64,000 bases of DNA from Lama glama. Its lineage: Eukaryota. The notes beneath the pieces are model-generated. The model searched no databases. It saw only the letters and a list, made by a program, of their open reading frames with translations, and was not told where the DNA came from. The stretch is from positions 51,958,001-52,022,000 of the forward strand of contig CM052816.1 of the NCBI GenBank assembly GCA_028534125.1. Reading direction: 5' to 3'. The position numbers and the translations under genes are program-made. Below are positions 52,541-64,000 of the stretch, one piece after another. Every line of letters begins with the position of its first letter. The stretch's first letter is position 1.

Positions 52541-53433
52541 TTATCAGCATGCCCTGCACTTCTGTCCCAAGTAAAGAATGATACTGCTAATGCCACATTG
52601 AGGAGAAAATGACCATCTACACAGAATATGATTTCCATTCGGGCATTTCTATCTTTTCCACATTTTCTGCCCTGCCACTGATTATGTTACTCAAGCCTTG
52701 GGACTCCTGTCTCTATCTGTTAAGATGGTAAATTCTCCAGAGCCATTTCAACTGATGAAATGACCCAAATAAAATAGCTGTGTATACCACCTTGCAGAAA
52801 AAGCAAGGCTTAGCCAAGAAAGTCACCTGGTTTAAAGAACAACACATTATTAAGATGTAAGAAATGAATCTGCTTCAGATGGCTTAACCAGGTAGTGAGA
52901 TGTCCGATGATTCTCACTCACAAGCCAGTTGGTGGTGGAATGTTGCTATTGGACTGGAAGCGCAACCTCATGGCCTCACGCCACACCCAACACAGCCTCT
53001 TAGGTGTTCACCCCACTTCTCATTCACAGAGAGTCCACAAACTCAGTGGGAAACGGATACCATGCTGTGATCAGTAGGTCAATCACTGTCGGGAAACAAA
53101 AGGGCGTGTAAGATGTCAAGTGCCAAACCCTATCTGGTTTCAAATCAAGGAGGAGACCAAGAATCTAAGTACTTCCAAACTCAGTAGCTGAGCATTATTT
53201 TTTCTCCACTGTTAAATGACAGGAAACTGCTCATTGTGTTTAGAGGTCAGCAGCAAACAAGAGCTTTTTTCTGGTTAGAGGCCTCAAATCATTCCAGAAA
53301 ACCTTAAATGCTCTTGGGCTCTGACCAGCCTGCCTGTCTGCCAACGTTAACACAAACACAAGAGCACAAGTCAGCTCCCAGCTCTCATTTCACAAACAGC
53401 TCTGCGGCAGGGACGCTGCTTTCAGGCAGGAAA

Positions 53434-53561
53434 TTTTTTTTTTTTTTTGGAAGGGAGGTAATTAGGTTTATTTACTTAGTTTTTAAACGGAGGTACTGGG
53501 GATTGAACCCAGGACCTCATGCATACTAGGCATCCACTCTACCACTGATTATACCCTCCCC
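53434..53561 (-). mobile_element. tRNA-derived SINE, camelid vic-1 type
   Basis: Minus strand ggggagggtataatcagtggtagag (A-box-like)...gggttcaatcccc (B box)...aaataaacctaattacctccc-polyA; TSD TTCAGGCAGGAAATTT / TTCACGCAGGAATTT. Confidence 0.8.
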
Positions 53562-55614
53562 TCTTCACGCAGGAATTTTTACACAGGAGGGTGAGGAAGT
53601 GAACAACTGTTGGGCAGAGCACCCTGTGAGCACCACTGATGTAAAGTTACCCAGGAACACCTCTCCAGGAAAAGCCCCTAACTGTTTCCTCCAGGACGCT
53701 CTTAAGACCTAGGACAATGGTAACTATGTAGAAGGCTCAGCTCCCCACCGTTTGGGGAGGAAAGTGTAGGCTTCTTTTTCTTAAAATAATTGAGAAAAAT
53801 AGATATTCTGTTTCTCAGGTCTATAGTTCAGCCTCAGCACTGACCTTGTGTTACACAGATTTCTATTTCTATTTTGATGCCTGAAATCAAAAAAGTTGGT
53901 TTTATTTGATTTTCTTTATCAATTATACCTCAATAAAGCTGAAACAATTATGTTTTTATGAATAAACCTTAAAATCTAAGCCAATTTACTTTTCCTTTAT
54001 TTAAAAAAAAACCTGACTCTTTGTGATATAAAAAAATTGAGATAGCTACTTTCCTCTGGCAGGTAATCAATTACTTAGACCAATTCATGCCCACTGGACA
54101 GAGTTCGAGGAACTCTCATTGACAGTTTCCATCTTGTTTGAAGACATCCAAAAAGCCACTTTTTCCCATAAGCAGCCCAATGGCCAAAGCCAGATCTGCT
54201 ACCCTACTTGTTAAACCTGTCATCATAAATGTAACACAATGCTGACAATGTATTGTAGGGGAAAATGGTAATTTAATTATCAAATATTCCAGTTCACTCT
54301 GCCTCATGAAACAAAATCTTGCAAAATCCTGGGGAAAGATGGCTTAATTAAAAAATTTCCACATCTACACAATGTATGCTCTTCTTTACATGATCTTGAT
54401 ATTCCACAAGAACTAATACGTTTTAAAACCTAGACTGTTACTAAGTAAAGGTACAGTAAGGTTTTTTTTTTATTTTTTACTTCTTCCAAAGATGCAAATT
54501 TACCCAGTAGTAATTACAGTCCCTTCATTTTAATATTATATAATCACTTGTTTATCAGGACAAAATTGCATCTTCTGAGCCACAGAAAATATTAAGAATG
54601 GACAGGTCACCACAAGTTATTGTCCAGATGCTCCTTCACTAGCCCTCAGTTATAGTATTTTTTTCCAAGACTGATCATATGAAACAGGTAGCAAATGAAT
54701 GGCATTTCTATTATCTACTACTTATTTTAGTAAATACTTTGATCAAAACATAGTACTAAATCCAGTATCCAGAATACAAACAAAGTAAAGAAAAGCAAAT
54801 ACATAATTAGATGTATTGCAGGGAAAAAATAAAGCCCTGCAAATGAAGTTGACAAATTAGATAACTACGCCCTCTATAAAGAGGAATAGATGTTAAATAC
54901 TAAATATGCCACCTTTACTTCCTCCAACAAAGCAAAACTAGAACGGAAAAGTTGGTTGATACTCCTTTCAAAAACAGACTTCCCACTGAATGTGTACAGT
55001 AGCTTGCCAACTGGACTACCAATGCAGTCATTTCCTAAAAACTACACCAGCAACCAAATTATCCAGTTCCACATACAGATGTCCTTTTATAGCTAAACTG
55101 ATTAGACGAACCCATTTCCAACCAAAATGTACGGGCAGTTTTCTCCCATTCCTTAGGGGCCACCAATTCTGTCACAATTCAAGAGGACACAGAAGACAAA
55201 ACATTGCTCAAACCAGCAGATGAAGGAAGCCCAGATTTCCCTTCCACCTAACACAGATTTCTAAGTGTCTACCACAGGGCCAGAACTATGCTGGGCACTG
55301 TTTGTCTATCAAAATGAGAAACACTTTTTCTCAGCCCACCAGGAAGTCACAATCCACAGCAAAAGAGAGGCAAGGAAACAAGTAAATAAATATAAGTTGG
55401 GGTAAAATTAGGCGTCCTGAGGTAGTTGCTCTAGGTTTTCAAAAAAGGAGAACAATACATGTGTAAGTCTGTGAAAGCCCTTCGGGCATCAAACATCCGT
55501 ATCATACCCTTTAATTGCCCAAGAGTAGTGCGTGTGCTCAGGAAGGAGGGACGCTTTGACTCTCAGAGTGCCAAGGAGCATCTTCATGTCCCAGAGGAAT
55601 GAGGTCTAAGGGTG

Positions 55615-55965
55615 CAAACAGACTAGATGCTTGTGTTCCCCCAAAATTCATATGTTAAGTCTTAACATCCAATGAGAAGGAATTAGGAGGTGGGGCTCAG
55701 GAGGTGATTAGGTCATGATGGTGGAGTCCTCATCAACCAGATCAGCACTCTGATAAAAGAGATCCCAGAGAGAGCCCTCACTCTTTCCACCATGTGAGGA
55801 CAGTGAGAGGGCCTTCTATGAACCAGGAAACAGGCTCTCACCAGATACCCAATCTGCCAGGGCCTTGATCTTAGACTTTCCAGCCTCCAGAACTGTGAGA
55901 AATAAATTTCTGTTGTTTACAAGCCACCCAGTCTGTGGTATTTTGTTACAGCAGCCCACACAGAC
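55615..55965 (+). mobile_element. MaLR LTR (MLT1A/MST-like)
   Basis: gttcccccaaaattcatatgtt...ccagcctccagaactgtgagaaataaatttctgttgttt. Confidence 0.88.
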
Positions 55966-57089
55966 GAAGTCAGAGGACCCTAAAAAGGCAGTGAAAACTG
56001 AGATGCTCATGTGTAAAAACAATAAAACACACCAAGATTGCAGGGAGACACACATTTTGCAAGGATACTGAGCAGTGCACCTGAAATCTGTGGGCTCCTG
56101 TGGTGAATCCAAATTTAGACAGCAAAGAAGCCCAACCAAGGCAGGTAACTCCCCACTCACACCTATCATTAGCTCAGAGTATCTTACCTTGATGAAAATT
56201 ATCCTAGAGAAGACTCATGTAACAAAGACTAGCTTTGTTTGTAAATCTAATAAAAAAGACTGCAGCTGGAAGGCTACTGACTGGGATAACAACCATATTT
56301 CCCAGGACTGAAGACACAACAGCGACAGAGAAAGAAAACAGCCTGCTGGATCACAAGTATCGTCTCAGTCTCCTCAGAAAAGTGCTTCTTAACTAAGGCT
56401 GCATTCATCCTTGAGCCTGGTAGACACGCCCAATTTATTTAAACAGTAAATGAGAAAAAAAAAATAAAGTAACTGGGACAGCAATCACGGGTGCGTAACT
56501 CGGCCATGCAACAAGTCACCCCCCTCCCACTCATGGGCTCTCATTTTTGAAGCACCTAGTTCCACAGTTACGGGGTCAAGGTGCAGCAGCAAGCAGCTGA
56601 TGTCCAGGTAAGCATGTTGTCCAGGTTCCATCTGTGGTCTTCTTGGCATTTGCTCAGATGATAGAACATCAGAGCTGCAGCCTTGTTTGAATGATTCAGC
56701 TGGGCAACATCACTGGATGCAGTTATCTGTATTCTTTATACCATGGTGAAGAAACCCAGAATGAACAAAAGCCTTTCTTTTTTGAGTCATTAGCATGCAG
56801 GCAGGCACAGAATACCAACAAGACAGTGTACCCAGAGAAACTTGCTGTAATCAAACACGAGGCCCACACCATCAGAGCTGTCTGCATGGCTTTGACAAAA
56901 CAGCCCCAGGTAAAGTCAAATATGCTCTTGACACTTGAATTTTCACTAGGATGAGTTCACTGTATCAGTTAAGATCCCAACAGGGAAACAGTGGTATCCT
57001 CAGACCAGGATAACTTAGGGTACATTTACAAAACTGAGGAAAAGAATGCAGTAACTGGGGGGCTAGCAACAGTGAGACAGACTCTCACC

Positions 57090-57448
57090 CATCTCCAGTT
57101 TTTGCTTAAAAAACAAACAAACAAACAAACAAAAACCTATGTAGTCGAACATCAAAAGATTACTGCTAATCACAAAAAAAACCCAGATCTCAACTTAATG
57201 ATTTTAGTGCTTTTCTGTATATGAGAAGCTGTAAGAGTCTGAGCTCACTGAAATTATTCCTTTGATATGCATCTTCACTATCTGGGGCCAGTATCCTGTT
57301 TTTCTCTATCCTGAATCCCCTTCGGGGCGTATTACTGGGAGCAGCTGCAGTGGCTGATGGCTCGATGGCAGTCAGCTATCATCGTTTACTGGAATGGCAG
57401 GCAACATTCTTTGTTTACTGAAATAACAGGCAACGTTTGTTGTCCACA
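57090..57448 (-). mobile_element. ERV1-class LTR fragment (MER41-like)
   Basis: gggccagtatcctgttt, gcagtggctgatggc and repeated gtttactg..atggcaggcaac units ending in ..tccaca. Confidence 0.6.
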
Positions 57449-59583
57449 TGCTCATCTCCTGTTGGGCTCCCTACTGGCTAAACCCAACTAGAAGTCACCA
57501 GGTATGGTGGTCTATTGATTCAATCCATACAGGCAAAGCATAAAAGGTAAAAAAAGAGTGGAGAGTGGGTGTATAAGGGGCATAGCAGAAGGTATTCTAT
57601 GCATCTCTCAATGGAAAAAAATGAGAGGTGATAAAGAACTCCAGAGAGGGAAAAACACAAAAGAAAGGCATAGTGCAAACGTGGAACCCGATAAAATGTG
57701 GCCAAATGTGGTGAGTACACTGGAAAGAGAATTTATGTAAACTTATTTCCTGACGACAAAGAAGTTATGGCCCTGGTTCCAAAGAACAAGAAATTTAATC
57801 ACAGTATTGCTCTGTACACTTCAATAAAACCTACTTTCAGCTTTTGCCTTTCAAAAATCAACCTATGCATAAAGCAGATGACTATTTAAATTTCAGAATG
57901 TATAGCTTCAATCACAATGATTTCACAGGAAAGATGGGGGAAGAGAGGAGATAGAAGAGCAGAAAGTGGAGAATCAGGAACTACTACTGAAAGTTGATGA
58001 AACAAGGCATAGAAATTTACAGGTATCATTAGAAGTTATAAAACAAGAGTACAGTAACCACTGCAGGAAGGTTACCTCAGGCCTTATTTGTTCAACACGT
58101 GAGCACCTTCCCCTGGACCTTTCAGCTTCTGGAAGAAACAGCTCAACCAACATAAGGTCTTCTTGTTCCGGTGATCCAGAACTCTCCTCTCGCACCCGTT
58201 CTTGTGCTATGTTCCCACTGTCATCTTCCTATTATTAAAGATGCAGCCGTTGTCAGTGGAGAGATCAGAGCTTTTACAACTTTAAAGGGAAATTCTTGCC
58301 AATTTTCTTCTATGCTTTGGGTTTCACTTTTACATGAACTACAGAAATGTTTGCACTTTGTGACAAAACAAATGAGTTTCATGGTATGTGAAGCTATTGC
58401 TGTTTCTGAATTCAGAATTCCCGCTTTAACCATCTCTCCCGGATAAACACACCACGAAAGAAAAATGGCTGTCCAGGCCTTGATGAGATCATACTTTGTT
58501 GCTGTTGTTACATTTAACTAAACAAATTTCTTGAGACTGTGGTTGCTGCAAGAGGGGTGTCTTGTTGTGTTAAGAAGTCTCTTCTTTCTCGCCTTAAGTG
58601 AAGTCACCAAGCGTTTGAGATTCAATAGCATCCTTGAGCTCTGAAAGACCCTCTGCTTGGTGAAGACATTCTAGCGTGCAGAGTCCACAGAGGAGTCTGA
58701 GCTGCAAACTGGACGCCAGATGAAGTCAAATCTGACGGCTTCCGAAGAAGACTTTGAGAAGATAAATTACCAAACTATCCTGTCTGTGCCTGCGGCTCCT
58801 CATAATACAGGAAAACAGTCAGAATTGCCCTTAACATCTCAAAGATGACTGTTTACAGGATTACAAAGAAAGTATGCTTGTGTCCATAAATATTACTCTG
58901 AAAGGTTTGTTTGTAACATTGGCTAAGAATGTTTTAACTGGATTACTTGTCAATATAAGGAGACTTTGGCTGTAAAAATCTTCGTTAGCTAATTTTTATA
59001 ATGTGCCTCATTTTAACTTTCCTGCTTTTGCTAGAAAAAGGAAACTTCCTTCTTAGTCTGTTATATTGAACCCGTGTGCACCAAAGAAGGGAAACAAACA
59101 CAGCTTTTTCCAAGTCTTCTGCAATTTCCTTCTGAATTTTCTTTGTTATGTTAACACAGATTACATTTTTAACATCAGAGTTAATTTAGCTTTCTGTAAT
59201 ATGATACATGACTCAAACAAAAGTGAATCCAATCAATTCACACCTGTGCACGTGCACTTGCACACATACACACATGCTATGGCAAAGTAACTCAACTGGT
59301 CATGCCTGATCCGCATCCCTGAAATTTATGATTTATGTAGTTATTATACATAAAGGACAGTCTACTGAGTCTAAGAATTTTAAGTATTTTCCTCTTCAAA
59401 GTGCTAGTTTAATTTAATGTATAAAATCAAGAATAAGCACTTAAGGCTCAAAGGTAAGCAGCACAGGCAATAAAAATAGCGATTTGACTAATTATCAGGA
59501 GAAGGGGAAAGGAGGTGGAAAAGCAGAGGAGGTAATGCAATGAGCAAAATCATCACTTCTCACTGCACAATGTCTATAGGTAC

Positions 59584-60135
59584 TGCAGGGGAGCAAAACA
59601 TGCACCCCAAAATATCACTCTGGCATGCAGATTATCTTGAGGTGAAAACAATCAAAGCCCAAAAGACTCAGGAAAAAACTCTGACCTTCCCCCTAAATAC
59701 CTAAAAGCATTTAGATAGAGGACCTGTCCCCAGAACAGAGCTTACCAGAGGCATCTACAAAGAATACAGGCTGAGCATGGCAGGGAATCTCAGAAGGGCC
59801 TAGAGACCAGAGCCCACCTGGTGACCCATTGTCTCTGCATGGTCCAGCAAACATTTATTTGCCAAACATTTGCTTTTCTATCTCCATGTGAACTGCCTTC
59901 TTCCCCTTTGAAGCCCCAAACCACTACCCCCAACATCCTCTTTTGTCTTTAGCTTTGTATTTAAAGGTAAGGATCTCGGCCATTTTGGCGAGTTAGTCCC
60001 AGGTCTCACCCACATATACATGTTATTAAACTTTTGTTTGATTTTTTCTCCCGTTAATCTGTCTTATGGCAATTTAATTCTCAGGCCAGCCAGAAGAACC
60101 TAAACAGGCAGAGGAAAATATCTTCCTCCCCAACA
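59584..60135 (+). mobile_element. Solo ERV1-class LTR (MER34-like)
   Basis: TG...CA termini, 4-bp flanks GTAC/ATAC, ATTAAA poly(A) signal near 60024, caccccaaaatat and ttcctccccaaca ends. Confidence 0.8.
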
Positions 60136-60414
60136 ATACTGTCAAGAAACAGCAGTTTGTGTATTAATTAAAACCTCCAGAAGAACTAAAGGCAGAGACA
60201 ATTAAATGCTGTTAGCTCTAAGTGGAATCAGAAATGAGAAAGAGTGGGTGGTAGTCTTGTCTTTTCATTTTAAACCTTTTTACACTACTCAGATCATTTT
60301 TACCATGTGTATGTACTTGGACAAGTATTAACTTGTATAAACATGTTAACACAAATATACAATAAAACCCTAGGAGACTTTTTGGGAGAAACTGAAAGGC
60401 TGATTTCTAAACTT

Positions 60415-60680
60415 TAAATGCTATATAATCCATATATGACTCCGTGAATATAAAATTCTACAACAGGCAAAGCTATAGTGACAAAAATCAGATTAGGAAT
60501 TGCCCAGGACCATGATTTAGGAGGGGGCCCAAATAAACATTCTGGGGTGAAAAAAATATTCTATATTTTGATTATGGTAGTGATTGCACAATTGTATACA
60601 TGTGCCCAAACTCATGGAAATGTGTACTTAAAATGGACGAATTTTACTGTATATAAACTACTCCAATTGAACTTTTTGAA
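60415..60680 (+). mobile_element. Old L1M 3' UTR fragment
   Basis: taaaattctacaacaggcaaagc...attttactgtatataaacta. Confidence 0.7.
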
Positions 60681-62469
60681 AAATGTACTATTATTTGAGA
60701 AGGGAGGGAATCCACTGTAATCCCCTCAGGAGAGCATATTCCCATACTTGACTTGAAATCACATTTTTGTGGCACAGCCGATTTTGTTTCAAGCTATCAT
60801 GTCAGTGAATACAAGCTAAGAGGGTGGTTCTTCACAAGAGAGCAAGGCTATCATGCCATCCTGTCATTCATCTGTGAGATTTAAGGATCAGAAAATGACT
60901 TTTCTCCAATGCTATAAAGATGAAAGCAGCAAATGAAATTTTATGAAGGCTGTATTTTTGTCCTGTAGCCCGAAAACCAACCTCACAATATTCATTAGGG
61001 CTAGGACAACAGAGGCTTGCAGAAACCCAACAAAGCCGTCAGCTCAGCATGTCTGTTTTATTTCTTCGGCACTGCAGTTGGACCGCTGCCACTTACTTAA
61101 GGTGCACTTCCCTGCCCAGGGGCCCTTTGTTCAGTGAACTTTACCAGAGACCAGGTCCTGTGTTAAGCCCTGGAGCTACAGCAGTAAACCAAAGATAAAG
61201 TCCCTAGTGAAGACCACATGAAGACAGAATTTCTTTACTTTAAGGAAAAATCAAAGCATTTGCTTAAGAACACGAAGTTAGGGAAAGTACTGCATGTCTT
61301 CCATTTGCCACCCACCTGCCCTCAAGTCTTCTTCACCCTGCTCGGTGCTCCTGAGGGCGGAGGTGTATGGAAACTCTCTGGCCTTCTTTTGGGTTTGGCC
61401 CATGGCGGCCACCACCAGGAGATGGGGCGGGGAGAGCCCTCCAGCTCAACTCCCTACCAGGATTGTTTGCATCCCTCTAAAGCTTTTGTCAAATAGTCCC
61501 TTAAAGCTAATCTCTGCAATTTCTATAACCTCTTCCTCCCCACACACCTTCAGGCCTAGAAGTGCTAAGGCTCTGTGCTCTAGCTAGCCCTGGGCACCAC
61601 ACTGTGCCCTGCTGGTTCCCCAAACCCTGCCCTTGCCACTGTCCATAGTCTCTTTACTGACAGCCTTTCGACTACCCAGTTTGAGAAGGTCAGCACTTGC
61701 CAAGACCTTGGCTAATACGGAAGACTTCTAAGACAAAAGGAACCTTGATGATATAGTTAAACATTCACTATACAAATTAGGAAACTGAGTGATCGGTAGC
61801 AGGCGCTGGATTTAATCTATTTTGCAGACTTTCCCTGAAATTAATGTTGATGACCTTCTGCTAGAGAAAGCTTTAGTCACACATTTTCTTCCCCTTTTAA
61901 GCAACTTAACTTAACATATTTCAAAACATAGCTCGGTTGAGCAAAAGAACACTCATGGAAGACTGCATAATGGATATCGGTCTCTCCATTCCTCCAGACC
62001 ATGATAATTTTATCCCTAGAGGCAGTCAGAGAGCCATATACTTGGATTTCATCATTGGGGACCCTTGTAAAAAGGTCTTCACTAAATTATGCATACATAT
62101 GCCATCAGCTTATATCAAAGGATCTTCTGAAAAACAACCCCACAAAACATTTTACCATTTATTTGAGGAATGTTGCTGCTGAAAGTAGAGTTCACTACAC
62201 ATACGGCGTTGCCTTTATGAGGTGTTTCTTTCAAGTCTAAGCACAGGGGAAACTGTTTCACCTTAATTTTAGGGCCATGATGGACCCATCACTGACTCGA
62301 GGAGCCTGGACACTCAGCCAAATCTGTAGCTCACATCTAATGAGTGAGTGGCATCTTTAGGAAATGTTTTGTGTGCTGACCCTACTCCTATAGCTTCTTT
62401 TCTTTCCATCCCATCTCCTTATATATTTCGTTTTATTTTTAATTTTTGTGGGTGTATCTTTGTGGGCTG

Positions 62470-62816
62470 CGCAACAGACTGAATGTTTATGCTATGAAAC
62501 CTAATCCCCAATGCTATGGTACTTGGGGATCAGGTCTTTGGGAAGTGATCAGGTCATGAAGGTGGAGCCTCATGAATGGGATTAGTGTCTTATAAAAGAG
62601 ACCCCAAATTGCTCCCTCACCCTTTCTGCCATTTGAGGACATAGTAAGAAGATGGCCACCTTCAAACCAGGAAGTGGGTCTCACCAGACACTAAATCTGC
62701 TGGTGCATTCCTTGATCCTGGACTTTCAGCCTCCAGAACTGTGAGAAGTAAATTTCTGTTTTTCATGAGCCATCCAGTCTATGGTATTTTTCATAAAGAA
62801 GCCTGAACAGACTAAG
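62470..62816 (+). mobile_element. MaLR LTR (MLT1A/MST-like)
   Basis: gactgaatgtttatg...ggagccctcatgaatgggattagtg...cagcctccagaactgtgagaagtaaatttctg. Confidence 0.85.
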
Positions 62817-63366
62817 CCAGGCGATATCAAATTCTTTTTGAAATGAGGAAGAGATGAAGGTAATTCAGAACAAACTCTCAAAAAAGGCTGAAAATAGTAA
62901 TAGGAATCTTTCCTCGTGAAGCTTAATCTATATTTAAAAACTCCATTAAAACCATAAAGAAGGCTGAATTAGGATGTAACTTACAACTTACCCTGAAGCT
63001 CATTCTAGAACCAATTCCTTCCTATTTGCTGAAGAGTTTCCTCTCTCTTTCAAAATAAGTCCCTGGCAGTACCTTCCTCTTACTCTCGTCTGCATAGTAG
63101 AACACAAGCCTTTACTTTATTAACCAGAAAAAAAAAAGTGAAAGATACCAGACTGCACTGAATGAACTTGCAGAAACCCTCAAGAAACTCAATTCCCTGC
63201 GACACGTCTCTCACAGGCATGAAGGCACTGATGCTCCCAGGCAGGACTGGGGAGGCTGTTCCTTCCTGCAGCCTCAACACCAAAAGGAACATTCAGATCT
63301 AAGAAGCAGGGTCCTTCCAAGGACGGTACTGGCTTTACTGAGGGACCTGTTCTCTTAATCTCAATC

Positions 63367-63425
63367 AGTCTCTCTCTCTGTCTCTTTCTCAGTCTCTGTT
63401 TCTCTGTTTCTCTCTCTCTCTGTCT
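63367..63425. repeat. Imperfect (CT)n tract
   Basis: Direct read. Confidence 0.8.
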
Positions 63426-64000
63426 GTATGTATTGGGGAGGGAGGGTGTTCTACTCTCTCTGTTAAAGACAGTGGGGCTTCTCTGGTCCATGATGGGGGT
63501 GTGATGGGGAGGGTGGGAAGCGATGTGGCAAGTACGCATATGGAAGACTGTCAGTCTGCATTATGACCATCCGCCCTGGACATCCCATCCAAAGACTCAT
63601 CCCCATGTCTATAGGCTCTACCAACCTGATAAATTTGCCCACGGCAGCATCTACTTATCTAAAGGTCTTCTGCCTCCAGAATGCACATCAAAGTTGCTAG
63701 TTGGGTTAAAAGACACCTGCCCTGGTGTAAACTGCAGGCACTCAAAAGATTTCTGTCAAATTTGAACATGTTTACATAACTTAAGAAGGAAAACATTTTA
63801 AAAATAAAAGCAACTATTTTTAAAAGATACTTTCATCAAGAGTATCTTGGGAACCCATTCAATAGTTGAGAAGGTTCTTCAAATGTGTATCAATATACGT
63901 CTCAGTGATGGCAAAGCAAGCAGGCACATCAGAAATAGCTCTATTAATAAAATAAAACAAAGCAAATTATAAAGGGGTATATAAAGTGAGACTCTGAGGT

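Noticed and set aside
55615..62816. Two same-orientation MLT1A-like LTRs as ends of one provirus
   Set aside because: They are visibly diverged, and the ~6.5 kb between them shows no MaLR internal sequence; independent solo LTRs are more likely.
1..64000. Prokaryote-style novel system (CRISPR array, operon, defence island) or functional tRNA/rRNA
   Set aside because: The sequence is an intron-rich mammalian locus. No repeat-spacer array or compact gene cluster was seen, and the only tRNA-like stretch is a SINE head.

Overview
Mammalian genomic DNA, probably camelid (a vic-1-type tRNA-derived SINE lies at 53.4-53.6 kb), with two 500-N scaffold gaps. The minus strand carries seven consecutive coding exons of RASGRF2, at 17921-18068, 15527-15616, 10617-10870, 6500-6579, 5920-6113, 1046-1155 and 151-269. 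These are equivalent to human exons 3-9 (numbering from recall). All have GT-AG boundaries with matching phases and join into a 995-nt open frame covering the coiled-coil, IQ motif, DH (RhoGEF) domain and the start of the following PH domain. The remaining ~46 kb is presumed intronic and dominated by transposon relics (L1, L2, MIR, MaLR/ERVL/ERV1 LTRs, an ERVL RNase H fragment). I found no credible novel multi-gene system. The best second-look items are two twin-primed (5'-inverted) L1 insertions, the absence of the expected upstream exon, a candidate in-frame 153-nt cassette exon, a candidate poison exon and an AT-rich palindrome. Repeat subfamily names and repeat boundaries are by-eye and approximate.
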